Assembly: GCA_964646705.1 (NCBI GenBank)
Contig: CAZYEW010000008.1
Coordinates: forward strand, 1-37,258
Source of the DNA: an uncultured Sulfurimonas sp.
GTDB taxonomy: Bacteria; Campylobacterota; Campylobacteria; Campylobacterales; Sulfurimonadaceae
DNA: 37,258 nt
Direction: 5' to 3'
Positions 26,198 to 34,548 of the stretch are shown here, piece by piece. The number at the start of each line of letters is the position of its first letter. Position 1 is the stretch's first letter. The notes below the pieces were generated by a model. The model searched no databases. It worked only from the letters and a program-made list of their open reading frames with translations, and was not told the origin of the DNA. A program made the translations under genes and the position numbers.

Positions 26198-26992
26198 ATG
26201 ACATCGGTCGAATGGACGGCGATCATCACTTTTGCGCTGCTGGGGTCGGTCGGGCACTGCATCGGCATGTGCGGCGGTTTTATCGTTACCTATACCACCG
26301 CCAAAATCAAACCTTCGCACGGCAGACTCCAAAGCGCTTTTTATCACGGCCTCTACAATACGGGGCGTATTTTTTCGTACACGCTGCTGGGCGCGGCGTT
26401 CGGCTATTTCGGCTCATTGTGGGATATCAGCCCGCTGGTCAGGGCGATCATGTTCGCGCTTGCCGGGGTGCTGATGATCGTGATGGGGCTTTCGTTCGCC
26501 GGCAAACTGAAGTTTCTCAACTCCATCGAGGTGCCGATCACCCAGTACGCCTGGTTCAAGAAGATTTTCATGGCCCAGCTCGCTTCGGCGACGCCAAAAA
26601 GCTTTTTTATCCTCGGCATGCTCAACGGGCTCTTTCCCTGCGGGCTGGTCTATACGATGCTCGTCACGGCGGCGACGACGCAATCGGCGCTCTACGGGGC
26701 GGCGGTGATGGCGGTGTTCGGTCTGTTCACGGTACCGACGCTCTTTTCGTTCGCCTACGTCGTCGGGCTTTTTTCGCAGACGAAATTTCGCAGCGTCATG
26801 ATTCAGCTCGCCGCCGTCACGGTGATCGCTTTCGGCGGCTGGACGCTGATGAAGGCGTGGCTGCTGTTCGACTACTGGCGCAATGCTCCGGCGGAAAACG
26901 CCGCAAAAACGGTTCCGGCGATGAAATGCGGCCCCGCGATGAAGTGCGCGCCGGGGAAATGCGGCATGGGCAAGTGCGGCAGCGGCCGATAA
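26198..26992 (+). CDS. DsbD_2 / TauE-SafE-like membrane protein with C-terminal KCG repeats
   Basis: GHCIGMCGG and LNGLFPCGLVY motifs, about 6 TM, tail MKCGPAMKCAPGKCGMGKCGSG. Confidence 0.8.
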   Translation: MTSVEWTAIITFALLGSVGHCIGMCGGFIVTYTTAKIKPSHGRLQSAFYHGLYNTGRIFSYTLLGAAFGYFGSLWDISPLVRAIMFALAGVLMIVMGLSFAGKLKFLNSIEVPITQYAWFKKIFMAQLASATPKSFFILGMLNGLFPCGLVYTMLVTAATTQSALYGAAVMAVFGLFTVPTLFSFAYVVGLFSQTKFRSVMIQLAAVTVIAFGGWTLMKAWLLFDYWRNAPAENAAKTVPAMKCGPAMKCAPGKCGMGKCGSGR

Positions 26993-27142
26993 AACGGGTG
27001 CTTTTTGCGCCAAGATGATACCTTTTTACTCAACAAAATGAAAATAATCTTAATTTATTCGCCAAAATCACATTAAGTCGCGAGATTTCAAAAATTTAAG
27101 AATCGTTAAAACGTTGTATTGATAATATGATGCCGTCAAATA

Positions 27143-27210
27143 GTCCCGAAATACGCGTATCTGCAAAATCCTGTGGGTTTTTGAGGATTTTGCAGATACC
27201 GTTTCGGGGC
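27143..27210 (+). repeat. Long inverted repeat (stem-loop) upstream of ccoN
   Basis: Perfect 16-bp arms GTATCTGCAAAATCCT (27157-27172) / AGGATTTTGCAGATAC (27184-27199), plus outer 9-bp stem GTCCCGAAA / TTTCGGGGC with one G-U pair. Confidence 0.85.
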
Positions 27211-27243
27211 CTTGTACGCTTTGAAATCTTAAGGAGGCTTGTA

Positions 27244-28728
27244 ATGGAAAATCGTCCATTGGAGTACGACTATACAATTGCCAAAATGTGGATGTTTATG
27301 ACAATTGTATTGGGTATCGTCGGAATGACCATCGGGGTTATTCTGGCATGGGAGCTTGCGTTTCCGGGTGTAAACACCATCCTCGGACACGGAGCAATTG
27401 CCGAATATACGAACTTCAGCCGGCTGCGCCCGCTGCACACCGATTCGGTGGCGTTTGGGTTCACCGTCAGCGGAATCATGGCGACGTGGTACTACGTCGG
27501 GCAGCGCGTGCTGAAGGTGTCGATGGCCGAATCGAAGTTTCTGATGGTCATGGCCAAACTGCAGTTCTGGCTTTACGTCGTGGGCGTCGTACTGATCGTC
27601 GGATCGCTCTTTTTGGGTTACACGACGTCCAAAGAGTACGCCGAGTTCGAGTGGCCGATCGATATCGCCATCGTCGTTATCTGGGTACTGTGGGGGGTTG
27701 AAATCTTCGGCCTCATCGGGATCCGCCGCGAAAAATCGCTCTATATCTCGATTTGGTACTACATTGCGACCTTCCTCGGTGTCGCGATGCTGTACCTGTT
27801 CAACAACATGGAAGTACCGACCTATTTCGTCTCGGGCGGCATCGGCGACTGGTTCCACTCGGTATCGATGTACGCCGGAACGAACGACGCACTCGTACAG
27901 TGGTGGTACGGTCACAACGCCGTGGCATTCGTCTTTACGGTTCCCATCATCGCGATGATCTATTACTTCCTGCCCAAAGAGTCGGGCCAGGCGGTCTATT
28001 CGTACAAACTGTCGCTGCTGGCGTTCTGGGGCCTGATGTTCGTCTACCTCTGGGCCGGCGGACACCACCTGCTCTTCTCGACGGTTCCCGACTGGATGCA
28101 GACGATGGGTTCGGTTTTCTCCGTAATTCTGATTCTGCCTTCGTGGGGCTCGGCGATCAACATGCTGCTGACGATGAAAGGCGAGTGGAACCAGGTCGCG
28201 ACCAACCCGCTGATCAAGTTCATGGTTCTCGCTTCGACGTTCTACATGTTCTCGACGCTCGAAGGCCCGATCCAGGCGATCAAATCGGTCAATGCGCTGG
28301 CACACTTCACCGACTGGATCGTCGGTCACGTTCACGACGGTGTCCTCGGCTGGGTTGCGTTCATGATTATCGCTGCGCTGCTGCACATGGCACCGCGCGT
28401 CTTCAAACGCGAAATCTATTCGAAATCGCTGATGAACACCCAGTTCTGGATTCAGACGCTGGGCGTCGTGCTCTACTTCACGTCGATGTGGATCGCGGGT
28501 ATCACGCAGGGTATGATGTGGCGTGCGCATGACGAGTTCGGCAACCTTGCTTACTCGTTCATCGATACCGTCACCGTACTGCACCCGTACTATACGATTC
28601 GTGCCGTCGGCGGTACTCTCTACCTGATCGGTATGTTCATGTGGGCTTACAACATGTACAAGACGGCTACCGTCGGCCGCCGTGTCGAAGAGAGTGAACT
28701 TCAAAACGCTTCGCCGATGGCAGCGTAA
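27244..28728 (+). CDS. ccoN: cbb3-type cytochrome c oxidase subunit I
   Basis: Start moved to ATG 27244 (RBS AAGGAGG). RLRPLHT, WWYGHNAV, GHH, HFTDWIVGHVH. Confidence 0.97.
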   Translation: MENRPLEYDYTIAKMWMFMTIVLGIVGMTIGVILAWELAFPGVNTILGHGAIAEYTNFSRLRPLHTDSVAFGFTVSGIMATWYYVGQRVLKVSMAESKFLMVMAKLQFWLYVVGVVLIVGSLFLGYTTSKEYAEFEWPIDIAIVVIWVLWGVEIFGLIGIRREKSLYISIWYYIATFLGVAMLYLFNNMEVPTYFVSGGIGDWFHSVSMYAGTNDALVQWWYGHNAVAFVFTVPIIAMIYYFLPKESGQAVYSYKLSLLAFWGLMFVYLWAGGHHLLFSTVPDWMQTMGSVFSVILILPSWGSAINMLLTMKGEWNQVATNPLIKFMVLASTFYMFSTLEGPIQAIKSVNALAHFTDWIVGHVHDGVLGWVAFMIIAALLHMAPRVFKREIYSKSLMNTQFWIQTLGVVLYFTSMWIAGITQGMMWRAHDEFGNLAYSFIDTVTVLHPYYTIRAVGGTLYLIGMFMWAYNMYKTATVGRRVEESELQNASPMAA

Positions 28729-28743
28729 GGAAAGGGGTAGACT

Positions 28744-29436
28744 ATGTTTCACTGGTTAGAAAAGCATCCGTTCTTCTTCGCCGTCGGCGTCTTCTTGACG
28801 ATCGCCTTCGCGGGCCTCGTCGAGGTCCTGCCGAACTTCGCGCAGGCATCGCAGCCGACGATCGGCACCAAGCCGTACACGACGCTGCAGCTTGCGGGGC
28901 GTCACGTATATATCAAAAACAGCTGCAATGCCTGCCATTCGCAGCTTATTCGTCCGTTCAAGGCCGAAACCGACCGTTACGGCCATTACAGCCTCAGCGG
29001 CGAATACGCTTATGACCGCCCCTTTTTGTGGGGTTCCAAGCGTACGGGCCCGGATCTGCACCGCGTCGGTCTGTACCGTACGACCGACTGGCATGAAAAT
29101 CACATGAAAGATCCCGCAGCTGTCGTGCCGGGTTCGATCATGCCGGCGTATCCCTGGATGTTCAAGAATGTCGCGAACATCGATACGGCGTATGCCGAGC
29201 AAGTGACGGTCAAGAAAGTTTTCAACGTACCGTATAACAAAGAGATTCCGACCAAAGACGGCGGAAAGACGGTCGTGAAGCTGGCCGACTCGCTCGAAGG
29301 TGCGAAAGCCGATGCGCTTGCCGAAGCCAAGCAGATCGCTGCGGAGATGAAAGATCAGGACGTCAAGGATATGGTCGCCAACGGCCAGATTCCCGAGATC
29401 GTCGCGTTGATCGCCTATCTCAACAGCTTGAAATAA
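28744..29436 (+). CDS. ccoO: cbb3-type oxidase subunit II
   Basis: CNACHSQLIRP, WGSKRTGPDL, SIMPAYPW. Confidence 0.97.
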   Translation: MFHWLEKHPFFFAVGVFLTIAFAGLVEVLPNFAQASQPTIGTKPYTTLQLAGRHVYIKNSCNACHSQLIRPFKAETDRYGHYSLSGEYAYDRPFLWGSKRTGPDLHRVGLYRTTDWHENHMKDPAAVVPGSIMPAYPWMFKNVANIDTAYAEQVTVKKVFNVPYNKEIPTKDGGKTVVKLADSLEGAKADALAEAKQIAAEMKDQDVKDMVANGQIPEIVALIAYLNSLK

Positions 29437-29448
29437 GGGGTGTGAAGC

Positions 29449-29667
29449 GTGGATATCAATACGTTTTCGGCGTACGGCTATTTTTTCTTCACCGTCTTCC
29501 TGGTGGTGGTGCTCTACGCATACATCTACCACCTTTACAAAAGCGAGAAGAAGGGCGTGCGCAATTACGAAAAGTATGCTGATATGGCGCTCAATGACGA
29601 AATTACCGATAATCCGGTAGAAGAAGTCTCGAAAGAGAAGACAAAAAAAGGAGACGTAAATGAATAA
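29449..29667 (+). CDS. ccoQ: cbb3-type oxidase subunit CcoQ
   Basis: 72 aa, single TM, position between ccoO and ccoP. Confidence 0.85.
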   Translation: MDINTFSAYGYFFFTVFLVVVLYAYIYHLYKSEKKGVRNYEKYADMALNDEITDNPVEEVSKEKTKKGDVNE

Positions 29668-30583
29668 GCTTGTCTTGACGGGTATTATCGCCGTACTGGT
29701 GCTCGCGGGAGCGACGTACCTTGCGATCGGGACCACCAAAGGCGGTCTCAACGGCGATATTGTCAATACGTTGGCGGTCGCGGGTGCGCTGGCACTGGCG
29801 GTGATCACGATTTTCGTCGTCGTCAAATACGTTCGTCAGATGCAGACGGACAAAGCGACGGGGGAGCTTGCCGAAGAAAACTGGGACGGTATCGGCGAAT
29901 ACAAAAACGAACTGCCCATCGGCTGGGCGGTTCTGTTTATGGGTGTAGTCGTCTGGGGAATCTGGTATTTCCTGGCGGGTTATCCGGTCAACGCCTATTC
30001 GCAGATCGGCGAATACAACGAAGACGTGGCGGCGCACAACGCCAAGTTCAACGCGCAGTTTGCCAATATGGATGCGGCGACGAAAACCGAAATGGGCGAG
30101 TCGATCTTTTTGGTTCAGTGTGTGCAGTGTCACGGCATCAATGCCGACGGTATGGACGGCAAGGCCGCCAACCTCAATCAGCGTGTTGAAGCCAAGACGG
30201 TCAAATACGTGATCGAGCACGGTTCGAACAATCACCTGTTGGGCACCGAAATGCCGATGCCTGACCGTAACGGCCTGTTCAATGCCAATACCGGTGCGCT
30301 GATTACCGACGCCGAGATCGAAACGGTCGCGAATTACGTGGCCAACGGCATGAAAGGCAAAGGTGCCGAGATTTTCGCGGGCACCTGTGCCGCATGTCAC
30401 GGAGCTGACGGAAAAGGTCAACCGTATGTTGCGCCGAACATTGTGGAATTCACTCCGCAGCTGGTCGTCAACGTGCTGAACCACGGCAAGAAAGGTGCGA
30501 TCGGTACGATGCCGGCGTTCACGATTCTTACCGACGTTCAAAAAGATGCGCTGGGGCACTATGTCACCAGCCTGAGCCAATAA
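29660..30583 (+). CDS. ccoP: cbb3-type oxidase diheme subunit III
   Basis: WDGIGEYKNELPIGW, CVQCH, CAACH, GTMPAF. Confidence 0.95.
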   Translation: MNKLVLTGIIAVLVLAGATYLAIGTTKGGLNGDIVNTLAVAGALALAVITIFVVVKYVRQMQTDKATGELAEENWDGIGEYKNELPIGWAVLFMGVVVWGIWYFLAGYPVNAYSQIGEYNEDVAAHNAKFNAQFANMDAATKTEMGESIFLVQCVQCHGINADGMDGKAANLNQRVEAKTVKYVIEHGSNNHLLGTEMPMPDRNGLFNANTGALITDAEIETVANYVANGMKGKGAEIFAGTCAACHGADGKGQPYVAPNIVEFTPQLVVNVLNHGKKGAIGTMPAFTILTDVQKDALGHYVTSLSQ

Positions 30584-30593
30584 GGAGTCGACA

Positions 30594-30809
30594 ATGGCAG
30601 AAAACACGAATCGCAGTATTTTCGCACTCGACGGCATCACGGGCATGCTGATCGCAACGGCACTGTTGCTGAGCATCCTCGCGGGCCTGACGGTCTGGGG
30701 AATCGGTGCGCAGCAGAACAATGCGGACAAATTCTACAAAATCAAAGACGAGCAGTCGATCAAAATGTTCGACAAAGCCAACGCGGCGCACCGCGTCGTC
30801 GTAGAGTAA
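30594..30809 (+). CDS. DUF4006-like small membrane protein in the cco operon
   Basis: MAENTNRSIFALDGITGMLIAT..LLSIL, RBS AAGGAG, follows ccoP. Confidence 0.78.
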   Translation: MAENTNRSIFALDGITGMLIATALLLSILAGLTVWGIGAQQNNADKFYKIKDEQSIKMFDKANAAHRVVVE

Positions 30810-30819
30810 GGAGGGGAAA

Positions 30820-30921
30820 ATGAAATTCGATATGAACTTTATCATCACGGCGCTGCTGGTCGTCAGTGCGGTCGTCACCCTCTGGGCGGTGCTGACTCCC
30901 AACCATCTGTATGTCGGTTAA
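30820..30921 (+). CDS. 33-aa single-TM protein in the cco operon (below the ORF-track cutoff)
   Basis: RBS AAGGAGGGG; MKFDMNFIITALLVVSAVVTLWAVLTPNHLYVG; fills the gap between neighbours. Confidence 0.75.
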   Translation: MKFDMNFIITALLVVSAVVTLWAVLTPNHLYVG

Positions 30922-30931
30922 GGAAACTTAA

Positions 30932-31621
30932 TTGATCTTCACACGAGGGCTTGCGGCCCTCATCCTCATCTGTTTCGCTTTTCCCCTTTACGCCGAATTC
31001 TTATATAAAGACGATGTCGTTCATAATCCGAAATTCGCCGCGCAGATCGAATCGATCGGGCAGGAACTGAAAGCTAAGACGGGCATTTCGCTTTATCTTG
31101 TCATGGTACGGTCGCTGGAGGGCAACCAAAGTGCCGTCGATCTCGAAAAATCGCTTGCACACAACCTTCATGAGCCGTTCGTCGTACTCAGTTTCGTCGA
31201 AGCGCAGAAAAAGGTCGATATCTTCGCACGTCCGCAGTCGTTATATAAGGATTTTGACAAAAAGCAGATCCTCAGCCCCAGTGCCACGTTTATCGGTGCC
31301 GTCGTAACCGCCGCGATGTTCGCACGGAGCTGGGACGATTTCAAAGAGATTTTCGGAAACTACGGTGGGACGATTCTGCCGATTCTCGCCGAAAAGACCA
31401 AAGGTGCCGATACGGTCAAAAAATATTCCGTCGCCATGTACAACGGCTACAGCGACCTTGCCGACCAGATCGCCGCTTCGCACGGCGTGAAACTTAGCAG
31501 TTCCGCAGGAAACGGAAGTAAAATCTTTCTGGATATTTTGCGTTTGGTATTCTATGGCATCATTCTGTACGCTCTTATAATTCTTATAAGAAATAAACTT
31601 AGAAAAGGCAAATCGGAATGA
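30932..31621 (+). CDS. Membrane-anchored periplasmic protein (TPM-domain-like)
   Basis: TTG start after AAGGA, signal peptide, GQELKAKTG, NGYSDLADQIA, C-terminal TM. Confidence 0.65.
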   Translation: MIFTRGLAALILICFAFPLYAEFLYKDDVVHNPKFAAQIESIGQELKAKTGISLYLVMVRSLEGNQSAVDLEKSLAHNLHEPFVVLSFVEAQKKVDIFARPQSLYKDFDKKQILSPSATFIGAVVTAAMFARSWDDFKEIFGNYGGTILPILAEKTKGADTVKKYSVAMYNGYSDLADQIAASHGVKLSSSAGNGSKIFLDILRLVFYGIILYALIILIRNKLRKGKSE

Positions 31622-32130
31622 GCAAACAATCCAATCCCGGCAAAAAATGGCCGTGGATCATCGTGTTGAGTATCCTCGGCGTCGTGGGCCTGAGCTGGTG
31701 GACGGTGAAGATCGCCGTCACGCACCCGGTGCAGCTCAGCGATCTGGATATGCAAGACTATCACCACTTCGACCGCGATATCAACGGCATCATCAAAGCC
31801 CGCATCGCATTCAACAAAAAATACGACATCGAGTACGTTACCGAGTCGTTCAAGACCGACAAGGCCGAAGTCAAGTTCAAAATCACCGACAAAACGGGTA
31901 CGCCCGTCGAAGATGCGAACCTCACACTTCGGCTGACGCGGCCCGGTACCCATGCGTTCGACCGCAAACTGGCACTGGCCGACAGCAAAGACGGCGTCTA
32001 TACCTTCGAAACGGTCACGCTGCCAAAGCCCGGCCGCTGGGATATTCTCGTTCGTGTCCAAGTGGGCGACAACTACCGCTTTCTCAACCTTAAAGCCGAT
32101 ACCCGCTACGCCAACGTTTTCGAATACTGA
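31618..32130 (+). CDS. FixH/CcoH family protein
   Basis: N-terminal KKWPWII plus TM, LTRPGT..FD, LPKPGRW; end of the cco operon. Confidence 0.8.
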   Translation: MSKQSNPGKKWPWIIVLSILGVVGLSWWTVKIAVTHPVQLSDLDMQDYHHFDRDINGIIKARIAFNKKYDIEYVTESFKTDKAEVKFKITDKTGTPVEDANLTLRLTRPGTHAFDRKLALADSKDGVYTFETVTLPKPGRWDILVRVQVGDNYRFLNLKADTRYANVFEY

Positions 32131-32205
32131 CAATTTGCCATCGCCGTCGCACCGCTGCCGCGGTTAGGGTATACTTTTGCGTATATCCCAACGAGGAGCG
32201 AAAGT

Positions 32206-34548
32206 GTGACGACGGTTTTGCCCACGACACGTGCGATACGGCAGCGGCTGCAGCGATATATGCAAGAAAATACGCTCGTGCCGCGTTTTATGACGATGGG
32301 CGAATGGATGAACAAGGCGGTGCTCGTCGACGGCCGGCGCAACGTCGATGACGACGAGCGTGTGCTGACGCTGCTCGAAGCCTCGGATTTCACCACCTTC
32401 GAAAAGCTCGATATCGCCCGCAATTTTTTTGCCTTCACCAAAAACGCAACGTATATTTTCCGTTTCTTCGAAGAGCTTGCGGGCGAACGTGTCGGCATCG
32501 ATGCGCTGGATCTGGCCGACACTTACGGCGATTACGCCGAACATCTGCATATTCTTGCCACACTGCGTGCACGCTACCGGCGCCTCTGCGACGAGCGGAT
32601 GCTGCTCGACCCTGTCTTCGTGCCCGAACTTTACCGCCTCAACGAAGCGTGGCTGCACAATACGCCCGAAGGCTTCGCCATCGAAGCCGAAGGCTATCTG
32701 ACGGCTTTCGAGCTCGAGGTGATCGAAAAGACCGCTGCACTCGTGCCGGTTCATCTGTTGTTCGAATCGGAGCGCTTCAACGAGAAAATGCGGCGGCGCT
32801 TCGAGAAATGGGGCATGCATCTGCCGCAAGGGTACCGTTATCGCATCGATGTCGGCAAGCGTGAGATCATCGAAAAACATCCGATTGCCTCGGAGGCGCA
32901 TATCGAGGCGACCGCACTGAACGAACGGCCGCTGCAGGCCGCTTTCGTCAAGCAGAGGGTCTATGAAATGATCCGCGAGGGCATTGCCCCCGAAAAGATC
33001 GTCGTGGTACTGCCCGAAGAAGGATTCGCCTCGCTGCTTCGAACCTTCGATACGGAAGGAAATTTCAACTTCGCGATGGGCGAGAGCCTTCGCACCAGCC
33101 GCTTCGTCACCTTGTGCGACGCCCTTGTCGCGTATGCCGAACACGCAAGCGTCGAAAACACCCTGCGGCTACGCAGTTTCGGGATCGACGGTGCCGAAGC
33201 GCTGAGCCGAAAACTCTCGGTGCCGGGTACGCCCGAAGCGTTCGACACTCTGCTGGATGAACTGAGTGCGTACGAGCCCGACCCCGAAGTGTCGGCGATC
33301 GTGCAAGAAGAGCGTTTTCGATTCGCGCGGATCGCACCGAGTCTGGCGGGCGAAAAACTGCTGACGTGGCTGCGGCTGTTCGCCAACCGGACGGGCCGCC
33401 GGACCCTCGACGACGTACGGGGCGGCCAAATCACGGTGCTGGGGGTGCTCGAAACCCGCGCCTGCGTTTTCGACGGAGTGATTATCGTCGATTTCAACGA
33501 AGCCTACGTACCGCATAAAAACGAAAAAGACATGTTCATCAACTCGACCGTGCGCGAGCATGCCAACCTGCCGGGCAACCGTGACCGCGAAGCGCTGCAG
33601 AAGCTTTTTTACCACCGTTTGATGCGGCGGGCCAAGCGTGTCGAGATCGCTTACGTACAGAGCGAAACGTCGCTTCCGAGCCGTTTTCTCAAAGAGCTTC
33701 ACATCGCGCAGGCACCGAGGTTCGCTCCCGAAGGATGGGCGCGGATTCTGCTTGGAAAACCCATGCCGCGCCGCAGGGAACCCGAGACGATCGAAGCCGA
33801 CTACGATTTCACGGCATCGCCGCTTTCGGCGACGGGCCTGAAACATTTTTTGGAGTGCCGCCGCCGTTTTTACTACCGCTACGTCGAAAACGTCGAAGAG
33901 CACCGCATGCCGGCCGACGTACCCGAAGAGCACGAAATCGGCAACTATCTGCATGCGGCGCTGAGCAGGGTCCTTGCTCCGGGAGTGCGCTTTGAAAATG
34001 CCGAGGCGCTGCGTGCGCAGACCGCCAAAGCGCTCGCACGGCAGATGGGCGACGGAGCGATGCAGCGTTATTTGCAGCGGCTTTGGCTGCGACGGCTCGA
34101 ACCGTTTTTTCGCCGCGAGGTGCGACGGCTCGAAACCGTCGAGATCGTCGCATGCGAAAAAGATCTGCATACCGTGTTCGAAGGTATTCGCATCAAAGGG
34201 CGCATCGACCGGATCGACCGCGGCGACGCGGGGCTGGTCGTGCTCGATTACAAAACGGGCAAGTATCCCGTCTATAATGCAAAGAACGTCGAAAAGGCTG
34301 CCGACTTTCAGCTTGAATTTTATGCCCTGCTTGCCGAAACGATGGGCACGGTGGAGACGTGCGGCTATTATGATTTGAATCAAGGAGAGATCGTGCCCGA
34401 GACACTGTTTGCCGCCAAGATTGATCTGCTCAAGAAACATTTGGACGTTTTGCGCGAAACGAAAACGTTTTCGTTCGAGATGACCGATAACGTCAGCCGC
34501 TGCCGATACTGCGCGTATGCCCCGCTGTGCGGGAGACAGAACGCATGA
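32206..34548 (+). CDS. addB: AddB-like PD-(D/E)XK nuclease subunit
   Basis: GTG start, RBS GAGGAG, -10 TATACT at 32170-32175. KGRIDRID...LDYKTG, QLEFY, Fe-S staple Cys (ECRRRF ... CRYCAYAPLC). Confidence 0.85.
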   Translation: MTTVLPTTRAIRQRLQRYMQENTLVPRFMTMGEWMNKAVLVDGRRNVDDDERVLTLLEASDFTTFEKLDIARNFFAFTKNATYIFRFFEELAGERVGIDALDLADTYGDYAEHLHILATLRARYRRLCDERMLLDPVFVPELYRLNEAWLHNTPEGFAIEAEGYLTAFELEVIEKTAALVPVHLLFESERFNEKMRRRFEKWGMHLPQGYRYRIDVGKREIIEKHPIASEAHIEATALNERPLQAAFVKQRVYEMIREGIAPEKIVVVLPEEGFASLLRTFDTEGNFNFAMGESLRTSRFVTLCDALVAYAEHASVENTLRLRSFGIDGAEALSRKLSVPGTPEAFDTLLDELSAYEPDPEVSAIVQEERFRFARIAPSLAGEKLLTWLRLFANRTGRRTLDDVRGGQITVLGVLETRACVFDGVIIVDFNEAYVPHKNEKDMFINSTVREHANLPGNRDREALQKLFYHRLMRRAKRVEIAYVQSETSLPSRFLKELHIAQAPRFAPEGWARILLGKPMPRRREPETIEADYDFTASPLSATGLKHFLECRRRFYYRYVENVEEHRMPADVPEEHEIGNYLHAALSRVLAPGVRFENAEALRAQTAKALARQMGDGAMQRYLQRLWLRRLEPFFRREVRRLETVEIVACEKDLHTVFEGIRIKGRIDRIDRGDAGLVVLDYKTGKYPVYNAKNVEKAADFQLEFYALLAETMGTVETCGYYDLNQGEIVPETLFAAKIDLLKKHLDVLRETKTFSFEMTDNVSRCRYCAYAPLCGRQNA

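Noticed and set aside
27119-27139. TTGAT...GTCAA upstream of ccoN as a fifth Fnr-type box
   Set aside because: The half-sites are 11 nt apart rather than 4, and they straddle the candidate -10.
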